Shown here: piece after piece, positions 44,526-52,609 of the stretch
Numbering within the stretch: position 1 is the stretch's first letter
Layout of the letters: each line of letters opens with the position of its first letter
Assembly (NCBI GenBank): GCA_049322615.1
Contig: JBMORX010000003.1
Location: 3,328 to 67,327 of the forward strand
Direction: 5' to 3'
Length of the DNA: 64,000 nt
Source of the DNA: Patescibacteria group bacterium
GTDB lineage: Bacteria; Patescibacteriota; Microgenomatia; CAYGWK01
Translations under genes and position numbers: made by a program
The notes under the pieces: model-generated
Told to the model about the DNA's origin: nothing
Databases searched by the model: none
The model's input: only the letters and a program-made list of their open reading frames with translations

Positions 44526-45863
44526 TTAATCCGAATTTTTACCTCGATAAAGTGCTCTCAATAGTGTTCTTGTCACCACGATACCCGTAAACAGGGAAAT
44601 AAATATCCCCAAACTTAAAGTTAAAGCAAATCCCCGGACCATGCCCGAGACATTTAAGAAATTCCAATTAAAAGGATTAAATAAAATAAAACAGGTAATT
44701 AAAGTACAAATATTGGCATCCCGAATTGAATCCCAAGCCCGACCAAAACCAAGTTCTAACGCTTGCTGCCAGGGTTTGCCTGAGCGAATTTCTTCTTTCA
44801 TTCTTTCAAAAATTAAAATATTTGCGTCAACTGCCATCCCGACGGAAAGGATAAATCCGGCAATTCCAGGCAAAGTTAAAGTTACCGGAATAAGTTTATA
44901 TAAAGCCAGCGTTATTAAACCATAAATTATTAAAGCCAAATCTGCTAAAAACCCAAGTTTTCCATAATATGCCCACATAAAACCAACAACCATTAAAAGT
45001 CCAACTAAACCTGCCCTCATACTTCTTTGAACCGACTCGACTCCCAGAGTAGCGCCAACATTTCGTTGTTCAATAATTTTGATGGGGACGGGAAGAGCTC
45101 CAGCATTAAGCTTAATTGATAAATCGCGGGCGCCATCAACGGTAAAATTTCCTCTAATAATAGCATCGCCTGAAGTAATTGCCTCCTCAACTACTGGAGT
45201 TGAAATTGGTCTACCATCAAGATAAATAGCCACGATTTTGCCAACATTTCTCAAGGTTATATCAGCAAACTTTTTCGCTCCCTCGGATGAGAACTCTAGA
45301 CTAACGATCGGTTGCCCTGTATTTTGGTCAAATCTAACCTGAGAGCGTTTTAAATCTTTGCCAGTTAAATCAGTGGGCTTAAAACCAGCTGCGGGTGTTG
45401 CCTCTTTCTGTTCCCAAAATTCAAGTTGAGCTGTCGTTCCGATTAAATCAATAGCACGATTGATATCCTTGACTCCCGGCAGTTCAACAACTAAACGATA
45501 GTCTTCACCCCTCTTTGAGGTTTGGACCGTTGCTTCAGTTACCCCAAAGAAATTAACCCGACGTTCGATATTATTCTTGGCTGCCTCTATCGCCGAATCT
45601 CTATCTTCTGGGCTAATTTTTTTTATCTCAGCTTGAAAAACCAAATGTGTTCCCCCGGCTAAATCCAGTCCTTGTTTAAGGTGAAGTTCTCGCTTTATTT
45701 TTAAATTACCCAAGGAAAAATCAAGGTCCGGACCAGAAATTTTCGTGTCAACGGAAAATTTTCTCCAAGAGAATTTAATTGGAAAATCTTTGGGGAGATC
45801 GATAATAAACGAGATAATGGTCAAAAAAATGATAAATAAGAGGAGCAGTCTTTTTTGTTTCAT
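44526..45863 (-). CDS. secD: Protein-export membrane protein SecD
   Basis: It has a large periplasmic loop and six TM helices, with the conserved C-terminal RND-like core. Confidence 0.85.
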   Translation of the reverse strand: MKQKRLLLLFIIFLTIISFIIDLPKDFPIKFSWRKFSVDTKISGPDLDFSLGNLKIKRELHLKQGLDLAGGTHLVFQAEIKKISPEDRDSAIEAAKNNIERRVNFFGVTEATVQTSKRGEDYRLVVELPGVKDINRAIDLIGTTAQLEFWEQKEATPAAGFKPTDLTGKDLKRSQVRFDQNTGQPIVSLEFSSEGAKKFADITLRNVGKIVAIYLDGRPISTPVVEEAITSGDAIIRGNFTVDGARDLSIKLNAGALPVPIKIIEQRNVGATLGVESVQRSMRAGLVGLLMVVGFMWAYYGKLGFLADLALIIYGLITLALYKLIPVTLTLPGIAGFILSVGMAVDANILIFERMKEEIRSGKPWQQALELGFGRAWDSIRDANICTLITCFILFNPFNWNFLNVSGMVRGFALTLSLGIFISLFTGIVVTRTLLRALYRGKNSD

Positions 45864-46093
45864 CTTTTCTTACGATGGAGGAAATTTTCTGAAAGTGGAA
45901 GTTGTTTTACTCCTGAGAAAAAATAAGTTATTCTCCCTCTGTCTTTTTCAAGTCTAGTCTTGACCGGATCACCAATCCTAATCCCTAAATCACGAACAAA
46001 CTCGGCAGGAATGGTTAAAGCAGCAGAATTTCCGGTTTTAATTACTTTTTGGGCCATAATCTTTTTAAGAAACAAGTTCGACTTCTTCGCCAA
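45860..46093 (-). CDS. AbrB/SpoVT (MazE-like) swapped-hairpin DNA-binding protein
   Basis: The segment KVIKTGNSAALTIPAEFVRDLGIRIGDPV matches the SpoVT/AbrB domain. Confidence 0.55.
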   Translation of the reverse strand: MAKKSNLFLKKIMAQKVIKTGNSAALTIPAEFVRDLGIRIGDPVKTRLEKDRGRITYFFSGVKQLPLSENFLHRKKR

Positions 46094-46643
46094 TAATCAT
46101 TACCTTAGAGGCAGAAAGAATTCCCATTAAAAATGGATCTCGACGCTCCCGTCTAAAAGCAAATTCTTCATTCGTCATTACCGTGTAATTTATTTCCTGG
46201 TCCCTTTTGGTCTCCTCGGCTTTAATTAGGGCCGCCAACTCTGGTAAAACGATTTCTCCGACCACCAAAATGTCAACTTCATTTTTCTGGCGGGGGATTC
46301 TTTTAACAAATTTTCCAGAAAAGGCAACAAAGATGATTTTGCCAATTTTTTGTCTATTTTTAAGAATTTCCTGCCCCAGTCCGCAAGTTTTGCTAACCAA
46401 GTTCAACAGTTCGTTATAAAACAAATAATCTTTTCTAAACCAGTAATAAAGCCGATTGCCTCTCGGTTCCTTTTTCACCATTCCACAATTCTCCATATGC
46501 TCAAGTTCTCTCCTTACGGCATTTATTTCCTCATCGGTTCGACGGACCAATTCTCGAACATGATACATCTCCCTCGGATCAGAAAGAAAAGTTTCCAAAA
46601 GTTTTACCCTAACCTTTGAAATCAAAAGATCACGAAGTTCCAT
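46065..46643 (-). CDS. Winged-helix (ArsR-like) regulator fused to a minimal nucleotidyltransferase-like domain
   Basis: It has an N-terminal wHTH (VRVKLLETFLSDPREMYHVRELVRRTD...) and a C-terminal GS...EVD pattern (AFSGKFVKRIPRQKNEVDILVVG) like minimal nucleotidyltransferases (MNTs). Confidence 0.45.
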   Translation of the reverse strand: MELRDLLISKVRVKLLETFLSDPREMYHVRELVRRTDEEINAVRRELEHMENCGMVKKEPRGNRLYYWFRKDYLFYNELLNLVSKTCGLGQEILKNRQKIGKIIFVAFSGKFVKRIPRQKNEVDILVVGEIVLPELAALIKAEETKRDQEINYTVMTNEEFAFRRERRDPFLMGILSASKVMIIGEEVELVS

Positions 46644-46755
46644 ACTTGCAACACAGAAAGCACAGAAACCCTATTTTTCTTCCGTGCTTCTGATATAATT
46701 CAGTGTTCTCTGTGTTTACGGGGCAGGTATTCAAAACACAAAGGACACAGATGAT

Positions 46756-47937
46756 TTAATAACTCACCTCGCTTCCTGTGGGCAGAATTTCAATCCAAAT
46801 TTGTCCCCGATTAAGTTTTATTTCTTTACCTTTCGTGTCTTTAAAAACCATTCTCTCTTTGCGGTCTTTTTTATTCCAAGTCCCCTCTAAAACTTGACCA
46901 TCCTGAAAGATAAGCACTTTACCCGAACCTTTTGTGCCATATAGAAGATGAAGATTCCCCTCATAGCCATCGTTGGCTCTTGACTCTTTCATAAAAGCAA
47001 GGACTACTACCTTTCCTCGAATCTCGCTCTCATCATTTCTATCTTTCTGGGCTAACCCGCCATTAATTCTTTTATAATCATTTGCTGTCTGGTCGTATTC
47101 CCATTTAACATCATAATCCGAATATCCTTTCCAGAAAGAAAATGTCGGACTTTTTGTCCCCCTTTCGCCTTCTTTGCTATCTTCTTTAAATTGCCATTTA
47201 AGAAAATTTTTATCCCAAGGAACACTTGCTTCGTCGACATTCGTCAAATTTCTTTTTTCCGCCACGATAAAAAGCTTATCGCTCGTCGAATACATCGTGT
47301 GTTCCGTCGCCACCGGATGGTCAAGCCGCTCGTAATCTCGCCAAAAAGTAGGAAAACCAATTGAAAATTGATTTAAATCATTTCCTTTTTTAAGCCAACC
47401 ATAGTCGCCAATTTGCCCTAAAGCATTGGCTCTCCCGGGGGTATTGGCACCACCAACATGAGCATAGAGGGGAAAATCTCCATATTCTGAAGCAAAATCA
47501 AGAAAATAAGTTCGAGCCGAGCGGACTGGACCGATTTGAACATCAAAAGCCGAGACACCACAGTAAAAAATTGCTAAAAATCGGGTAATTCCTCCTTCGG
47601 AGACTGCCTCATAGACAATATCGGCTCGAGAAACCCCTGATTGAGGACGAGAGTCTTGATGATTTTCAATCATGACGCTCAATGGTCGGCGCTTACTCCA
47701 GATATCTTTTTCTGCTTTGGTATATTTTTGACCATTTAGAGGACATTCTTCGGTCTTAGGAGCCGATAAATCAACCCTAAATTTACTCTCTCCTGAAGGT
47801 AAGGGAGAAACTATCAAAGGACCGGGAACTTTAAGGTAAGAAAAAGTGGCATAAGAGATACCAGTCGTTAAAAGATAAAGACCAAGTCCGGCTAAAGTTA
47901 AAAGTATTATTTTTTTCTTTTCTCTAATTTTTTCCAT
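46756..47937 (-). CDS. DUF3048 (YerB-like) putative lipoprotein
   Basis: It has an N-terminal TM/signal segment and motifs such as IENHQDSRPQSG, ADIVYE and EGGITRFLAIF. Confidence 0.55.
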   Translation of the reverse strand: MEKIREKKKIILLTLAGLGLYLLTTGISYATFSYLKVPGPLIVSPLPSGESKFRVDLSAPKTEECPLNGQKYTKAEKDIWSKRRPLSVMIENHQDSRPQSGVSRADIVYEAVSEGGITRFLAIFYCGVSAFDVQIGPVRSARTYFLDFASEYGDFPLYAHVGGANTPGRANALGQIGDYGWLKKGNDLNQFSIGFPTFWRDYERLDHPVATEHTMYSTSDKLFIVAEKRNLTNVDEASVPWDKNFLKWQFKEDSKEGERGTKSPTFSFWKGYSDYDVKWEYDQTANDYKRINGGLAQKDRNDESEIRGKVVVLAFMKESRANDGYEGNLHLLYGTKGSGKVLIFQDGQVLEGTWNKKDRKERMVFKDTKGKEIKLNRGQIWIEILPTGSEVSY

Positions 47938-47967
47938 ATTTCTGCGTCTCCACGGTATTTCTGCGCT

Positions 47968-48435
47968 TCAGCGCTTTTGGGCTTTTTCTATCGCCTCTTT
48001 TTCCTCTTTAGAAAACTCGTATCCAACAGGCTTGCCGTTTTTGACTGGTTTGGCATAAATTCTTGTCTGGTCCCGGCTGTGCAAACTTGAAATAATAATC
48101 CCGTTATCGTGCCCATCCAAAACTGCTAAAGTGAAACTTTGACTTCCGCCGGTATCAGAAAATGGATTAAATCTGACTAAACCTGTCTTTTGAACATGAA
48201 ACCTTCCATCTTTTTCTATTTCGTCGGCTCTTTTTATAATTCCATCAATTCTTTTTTCGGTAATCTTTTCTTCTTTTAAAATTTTTTCCAGAATTGAGCC
48301 TAAATCCTCTTTAGTTGTCCCTGTCGTCAGTCTCCGGTAATGGAAAACTGCCCGGAAAAGAAAAAAAGACAAAGCCCCAAGCCAAACAAAAATTGCTCCT
48401 AACAAAATTAAGGACAACTGTTGATTGAGTAACAT
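47968..48435 (-). CDS. Hypothetical membrane-anchored protein (DUF4446-like)
   Basis: It has an N-terminal TM helix. The family assignment is tentative. Confidence 0.4.
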   Translation of the reverse strand: MLLNQQLSLILLGAIFVWLGALSFFLFRAVFHYRRLTTGTTKEDLGSILEKILKEEKITEKRIDGIIKRADEIEKDGRFHVQKTGLVRFNPFSDTGGSQSFTLAVLDGHDNGIIISSLHSRDQTRIYAKPVKNGKPVGYEFSKEEKEAIEKAQKR

Positions 48436-48493
48436 TTTACCACATTATTTTATCCCGGTTCCACACCTTGTGTCAACCCCGTATAATGCTTGC

Positions 48494-48598
48494 TTGCTCC
48501 CGTGGTCTACGTCCACGCGTCGCAAGAGCGCATATACGGGGCAAGCCCCTCAAATAAAATGAAGCCTCCCCGCCCATGGAAGGGCGGGGTTTCTCTTT
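48494..48598 (+). ncRNA. Candidate small structured RNA with a TATAAT -10 box (48482-48487) and a strong intrinsic terminator (CCCCGCCC-AUGGAA-GGGCGGGG + UUUCUCUUU)
   Basis: The segment is GC-rich relative to the genome. A 5' helix pairs GCUUGCUCCCGU with ACGGGGCAAGC. The terminator stem is at 48568-48589 and the U-tract at 48590-48598. No ORF is present. Confidence 0.45.
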
Positions 48599-48607
48599 CG
48601 AGAAAGG

Positions 48608-48624
48608 TCCCGACTAAGTCGGGA
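48608..48624. other. Hairpin TCCCGAC-TAA-GTCGGGA (variant of the CCCGATTTAATCGGG family)
   Basis: It is a 7-bp inverted repeat that I read directly. Confidence 0.4.
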
Positions 48625-48697
48625 AGGCTGCGATTCTTGCTTCATTCATCTCCGCCCACAGAGGGGCAGAGTATTCTGAAGCGCGAAATAAAATCTC

Positions 48698-48731
48698 TTA
48701 CCGAAATTAGACACGTGTACAATTTTGTCAA
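48698..48731. repeat. Sixth, half-degenerate copy of the 34-bp palindromic element (CACGTG-TACA-ATTTTGTCAA; left arm decayed)
   Basis: The right arm and the CACGTG core are intact. The left arm matches only the AAAT part. Confidence 0.45.
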
Positions 48732-48766
48732 CAGGGGTTTTGAAAAAACTTGATGCCTGTGGTATT

Positions 48767-48809
48767 ATTCGGATACATTCGGATAATTTTCATTCGGATG
48801 AATTCGGAT
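48767..48809 (+). repeat. Four direct repeats of ATTCGGAT phased at 10, 15 and 10 bp (iteron-like or tandem regulator-binding sites)
   Basis: The copies are at 48767, 48777, 48792 and 48802, so spacing is about one helical turn. Confidence 0.5.
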
Positions 48810-48869
48810 GTCCAGAAAAACTCGCCAGGAAAAAATTATTGCCGACCTCCGCCGAAGACTGGAAGCAAC

Positions 48870-49015
48870 CAGAAATAGAAGTGAGGGTGAGAAGTGGGAC
48901 GTGGGTCGAGAAGTGAGGGTGAGTCGTGAGGAATTAAAAAACTCCCCGCCCCAATTTCCCATCTCTCAACCCACTTCTCACTTCCCATCCTCACCCTCAA
49001 TCTCTACTTCTTACA
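48870..49015. repeat. Long imperfect inverted repeat built from GAAGTGAGGGTGAG/GTGGG modules (left arm 48870-48925, right arm 48945-49015)
   Basis: A direct repeat AGAAGTGAGGGTGAG occurs at 48876 and 48912. The complement modules CTCACCCTCA, CACTTCTCACTTCCC and CCCACTTCTC lie in the right arm. The ORFs through this region are probably spurious. Confidence 0.45.
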
Positions 49016-49235
49016 TTAAAAAAGACTTGACAAAAACCTTTCTCTTGACAATACTTGCAATTAGCCTTGAGCTTGTGCTATACTTCCTAACTAGGATAGG
49101 CAAGATTTAAAAACTTTACTCTGCCCGACTAGAATTATAATCGTAGCTTAGGCAATGGCGAAAAAGGAGGCTTGCCTCTCCGAAGCTCGCCTACGCCAAA
49201 GGCTACGGCGAGCGAAGGGAGGTGAGAAAGATTTA

Positions 49236-49379
49236 TGGCAACCATGTACTGTGTTAAGTGCCGCGCCAAGAAAGACGTCGCCAACCCACAGAGAGTGACG
49301 ATGAAAAATGGCAAGCCGGCAATGAAAGCCTCTTGTCCAGATTGTGGCACAACCATGTTCAAGATTGGTGCCGCGTAAT
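49236..49379 (+). CDS. Small zinc-ribbon protein (47 aa, CxxC...CxxC)
   Basis: It reads MATMYCVKCRAKKDVANPQRVTMKNGKPAMKASCPDCGTTMFKIGAA. A GGAGG SD lies 9 nt upstream and a hairpin follows. It is not in the ORF track because it is under 60 aa. Confidence 0.5.
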
Positions 49380-49395
49380 CCCGATTAAATCGGGA
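49379..49395 (+). terminator. Hairpin TCCCGAT-TAA-ATCGGGA directly after the zinc-ribbon gene stop
   Basis: It has the same core as 14690 and 28970. Here it is clearly at a gene 3' end. Confidence 0.5.
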
Positions 49396-49470
49396 AACGC
49401 GGCTAAAACGTTAAATCTTTCAAGATTTTTTACGTTTTGCCGCGTAATCCTGCCTAAACACCAACTCTCT

Positions 49471-49519
49471 TTGACAGTTCGTCACGACTTTTATGGAACT
49501 ATCGTTACGAAACTGTCAA
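49471..49519. repeat. Palindromic element variant TTGACAGTTCGTCACGA-N13-TCGTTACGAAACTGTCAA (TTGACA/TGTCAA termini as in the 34-bp family)
   Basis: The arms are imperfect 17-bp inverted repeats. A further hairpin lies at 49399-49448 (CGCGGCTAAAACGT / ACGTTTTGCCGCG). Confidence 0.4.
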
Positions 49520-49565
49520 CCTCGCCGAAGCCTATGGCGAAGGCGGGTTAGTATCAAAGAGAATT

Positions 49566-49599
49566 AAAAAACCCCGTTCTATTTCTGGAGCGGGGTTTT
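49566..49599. terminator. Bidirectional intrinsic terminator AAAAAACCCCG-N13-CGGGGTTTT
   Basis: The GC stem is flanked by an A-run and a T-run, so it can serve the plus-strand zinc-ribbon locus and the minus-strand ZIP gene. Confidence 0.6.
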
Positions 49600-49619
49600 G
49601 GTGAGATAAAATTTAAAAA

Positions 49620-50363
49620 TCAGCTAATAAATTTTAACCCAAGCATTATGCCGATTCCGGCAAGCAAACCGAGGAGTTGGACGAGGGATTTTTGGGGTCT
49701 TGTTTCTTTATGAAGCTCGGGAATTAAATCGGTTGAGGCAATATAAATAAATCCACCGGCAGTAAAAGGAATAAGACTTTCAGAAAACCCAGAAATTCTT
49801 GGGCCAAAACTTAAGACAAAGATTGTTCCCAAAATCGCCATTAGGGATGAGAGAAAATTAAAGATTATGGCTTTTTTCTTGCTAAATCCTCCATGGATTA
49901 AAACACCAAAATCCCCAATCTCTTGAGGAATTTCATGAAAGATAACCGCAATCGAAGTTGCTATTCCCAAGGAAAGACTGACAACAAAAGTTGCCCCAAT
50001 AATCACTCCATCAATAAAATTATGGAGTCCATCACCTATCAAATTCATAAAAACCACGGGGTGGGGATGATCTTTTGAGGTTGGAATATGACAATGGCGC
50101 CAGGCAATAAATTTTTCCAAAATAAAAAATGTTAAGATTCCTACCAGAATCGCTAGATTTGTTTCCAGATTTAATCCTTGGTTTTCCGCAACTTCTGGCA
50201 AAAGATGAATAAAAGTATCTCCTAAAAGTCCACCGGCGGCAAAAGAAACTAAAATTAAAAGCGCTTTTTCCGTTCTTTTTTCTCCAACCACTATACTCAA
50301 AACCCCAACCAAAGAAATTAAACTAACAATCACAACTGATGTGATTGAGTAAAACCAAACCAT
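49620..50363 (-). CDS. ZIP family metal (zinc) transporter
   Basis: It has eight TM helices and the HEIPQEIGDFGVL motif of ZupT-like ZIP proteins. Confidence 0.8.
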   Translation of the reverse strand: MVWFYSITSVVIVSLISLVGVLSIVVGEKRTEKALLILVSFAAGGLLGDTFIHLLPEVAENQGLNLETNLAILVGILTFFILEKFIAWRHCHIPTSKDHPHPVVFMNLIGDGLHNFIDGVIIGATFVVSLSLGIATSIAVIFHEIPQEIGDFGVLIHGGFSKKKAIIFNFLSSLMAILGTIFVLSFGPRISGFSESLIPFTAGGFIYIASTDLIPELHKETRPQKSLVQLLGLLAGIGIMLGLKFIS

Positions 50364-50365
50364 TT

Positions 50366-50797
50366 TTAAACTTGCTCCTCTTCGACAGGTGGCGCAGATG
50401 CTGGCGGCGTCTCGGTTGTCGGCGGTTGAGTCGACGGTACTCTGGTTGGTTGGGTTGGTTCCGTTGGTGTTCCGGTTGGTGGCGGTGCCCCAGGAAGCGG
50501 CGTTTCCGGAATTGGGGGAACTTGAGTCTCTTCAACTGAAGTCTGAGGTGTTACCTGGGTTGGCGTCTGCCAGGCAGGCATTGTCCTCATGTGCTGATCA
50601 ACTTCGGCTGCTATCTCCTCGCGAGTTTTTCCCGGAGACTGTTGCATTTGAAAATTAATCATTCCTTCTCGGACTTCTTCTTTTGATTTAAGATTACCGC
50701 TTGGGTCAGTACAATATTTACAATAAGGATTCTCTACTCTTGCACCACCATGATCGGCATCAGTTGCCATCGGCATCCCGCATGATTGACAATTCAT
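50366..50797 (-). CDS. Zinc-ribbon domain protein with a Pro/Thr-rich C-terminal tail
   Basis: The N-terminal ribbon is MNCQSCGMPM...NPYCKYC, followed by a low-complexity P/T/Q tail. It is co-oriented and adjacent to the ZIP transporter gene. Confidence 0.6.
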   Translation of the reverse strand: MNCQSCGMPMATDADHGGARVENPYCKYCTDPSGNLKSKEEVREGMINFQMQQSPGKTREEIAAEVDQHMRTMPAWQTPTQVTPQTSVEETQVPPIPETPLPGAPPPTGTPTEPTQPTRVPSTQPPTTETPPASAPPVEEEQV

Positions 50798-50960
50798 ATT
50801 ATCTTGTCACCTCCTTTCGTCTCAGTGCCTTCTAGAGTAAGAAATTCTGTTTCCGAATGCACCCCCTAATCACAGAAGGCACTGAATTTACCTAAGAGCA
50901 CTGAAATCTCTGTGCTCTCAGTGATTCCATCCTCCCATTCGGTTTTTTCTAAAACTAGTA
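50798..50960 (-). promoter_or_regulatory. Structured leader of the zinc-ribbon/ZIP operon: extended -10 promoter (TGTTATACT), two hairpins and mutually exclusive pairings, strong SD
   Basis: A 12-bp inverted repeat TCAGTGCCTTCT/AGAAGGCACTGA lies at 50822-50833 and 50873-50884. A 7-bp AGAGCAC/GTGCTCT hairpin lies at 50887-50910. An outer pairing CCGAATG/CATTCGG encloses the first arm, and the SD AGGAGGTGA precedes the ATG. Confidence 0.45.
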
Positions 50961-51013
50961 TAACATTTTTTCAACTTTCCTGTTTAGGTCCCTTCGCTAA
51001 CGCTCAGGGTAAA

Positions 51014-52555
51014 CTAATCCGTACCCTTCGGACGGTATTGTAAGGCTTCAGCAATGTGGTTTGGGCTTATTTCTTTTTCACCAGCCAAATCAGCAATAGT
51101 TCGAGAAACTTTAATAACCCTGAAGAAACTTCTGGCGGTTAAATTCATCTGAATAGTTGCCTGACGAAGTAAAGTCAAACATTCTGAAGACAGCCTACAA
51201 AAACGCTTAACATCCTTTGTTGTCATTTCTCCATTACAGATAATTTTTGTTCCCTTGAATCTTTTAGTCTGTAAATCTCTCGCTCTTTGGACCCGCCTTT
51301 TTATTATTTTTGAGGTTTCTGCGTTTTCCACCGATTTCTGCGTTTCTGCGGTTGCAAGCTTATCTACCTTCACTGCCGGCACCTCCAAATGTAAATCAAT
51401 TCTGTCTATTATTGGTCCAGAAATTCTTTTTTTGTAACGCTGGACCTGACCTGGAAGACAAGTGCAGGGCTTGACCGGATCGCCTAAATATCCACAGGGG
51501 CAAGGGTTTGAGGCGGCGACCATAATAAATTTTGCCGGAAAGGTTAAAGTCCCGGCTGCCCGAGAAACAGTCACAATCCCATCTTCCATCGGCTGCCTCA
51601 GAGCCTCTAAAACATGACGGGGAAATTCGGGAAATTCGTCCAAGAACAAAACACCCCGATGAGCCAGAGAAATTTCTCCAGGGGCAGGATGGCTTCCTCC
51701 ACCAATTAAGCCAATTCTTGAAGTCGTATGATGAGGTGAACGAAAAGGTCGATATTTCACAACCGACTCGCCTGGGGGCAAATTTCCGGTAACTGAATAA
51801 ATTTTTGTCACTTCAAATGCTTCCTCTTCGGTTAAATCAGGCAAAATCCCAGGCAGAGCCCGGGCTAACATCGTTTTCCCCGCTCCTGGTGGACCAATCA
51901 TCACAACATTATGTCCTCCGGAAGCAGCAATTTCCAAAGCCCGTTTAACATGCTCCTGTCCCCGAACATCAGCCATATCAAATTCAACCAAAACATTGGA
52001 AGTGATTTTTGAAAAAGGAGTATGGGGAATTGGCTTTATTTCCTCTCCGCCTTGAAGATGATAGAAAAGTTGTAAAAGGGAGGAGACTGGATAAATTTTA
52101 AGACCTTTGATAACCGAGGCTTCCCTGCTATTTATTTGCGGCAAAAAAATTCTTTTAAACTTTTTTTCTTTTGCCAAAATTGCCATCGCCAAAACACCGT
52201 TGGTATGGCGGAGAGAGCCGTCAAGGGAGAGTTCACCTAAAACTAGAGCATCTTTTAAATCCGCTTTTAACTGCCCGGAGGCAACCAAGATTCCTAAAGC
52301 AATTGGCAAATCATAAGAAGGACCAACTTTTGGTAAATCCGCTGGAGCAAGGTTGACAGTGATACGGCGCGGCGGAAAATCTGCCCCAGAATTTTTCAAA
52401 GCCGAACGAACTCTCTCCTTGGCTTCCTCAACGGCTTTATCTGGAAGTCCGACGATGGTAAAAGAAGGCAGACCTTGGGAGGCAATATCAACTTCAACCT
52501 CAATTGGAACAGAATCAAGTCCTACGGTCGCGCCAGAAAAAACCCGGGCAAGCAT
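51014..52555 (-). CDS. comM: YifB/ComM family Mg-chelatase-like AAA+ ATPase
   Basis: It has an N-terminal Lon-like domain, Walker A (GPPGAGKTM) and sensor motifs. Its first 26 codons are duplicated at 59408-59484 and partly at 60756-60783. Confidence 0.85.
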   Translation of the reverse strand: MLARVFSGATVGLDSVPIEVEVDIASQGLPSFTIVGLPDKAVEEAKERVRSALKNSGADFPPRRITVNLAPADLPKVGPSYDLPIALGILVASGQLKADLKDALVLGELSLDGSLRHTNGVLAMAILAKEKKFKRIFLPQINSREASVIKGLKIYPVSSLLQLFYHLQGGEEIKPIPHTPFSKITSNVLVEFDMADVRGQEHVKRALEIAASGGHNVVMIGPPGAGKTMLARALPGILPDLTEEEAFEVTKIYSVTGNLPPGESVVKYRPFRSPHHTTSRIGLIGGGSHPAPGEISLAHRGVLFLDEFPEFPRHVLEALRQPMEDGIVTVSRAAGTLTFPAKFIMVAASNPCPCGYLGDPVKPCTCLPGQVQRYKKRISGPIIDRIDLHLEVPAVKVDKLATAETQKSVENAETSKIIKRRVQRARDLQTKRFKGTKIICNGEMTTKDVKRFCRLSSECLTLLRQATIQMNLTARSFFRVIKVSRTIADLAGEKEISPNHIAEALQYRPKGTD

Positions 52556-52609
52556 ATACTAATTCTACCAGATCCGAGAACTACTTTTCAGAAGAAAACG
52601 GACAGTACT

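Noticed and set aside
48494-48598. RNase P RNA (because of a GCAAGAGCGCA segment resembling the CR-IV GUAAGAGCGCA)
   Set aside because: It is far too short, and the CR-I motif AGGAAAGUCCGGGCUCC and the other conserved regions are absent.
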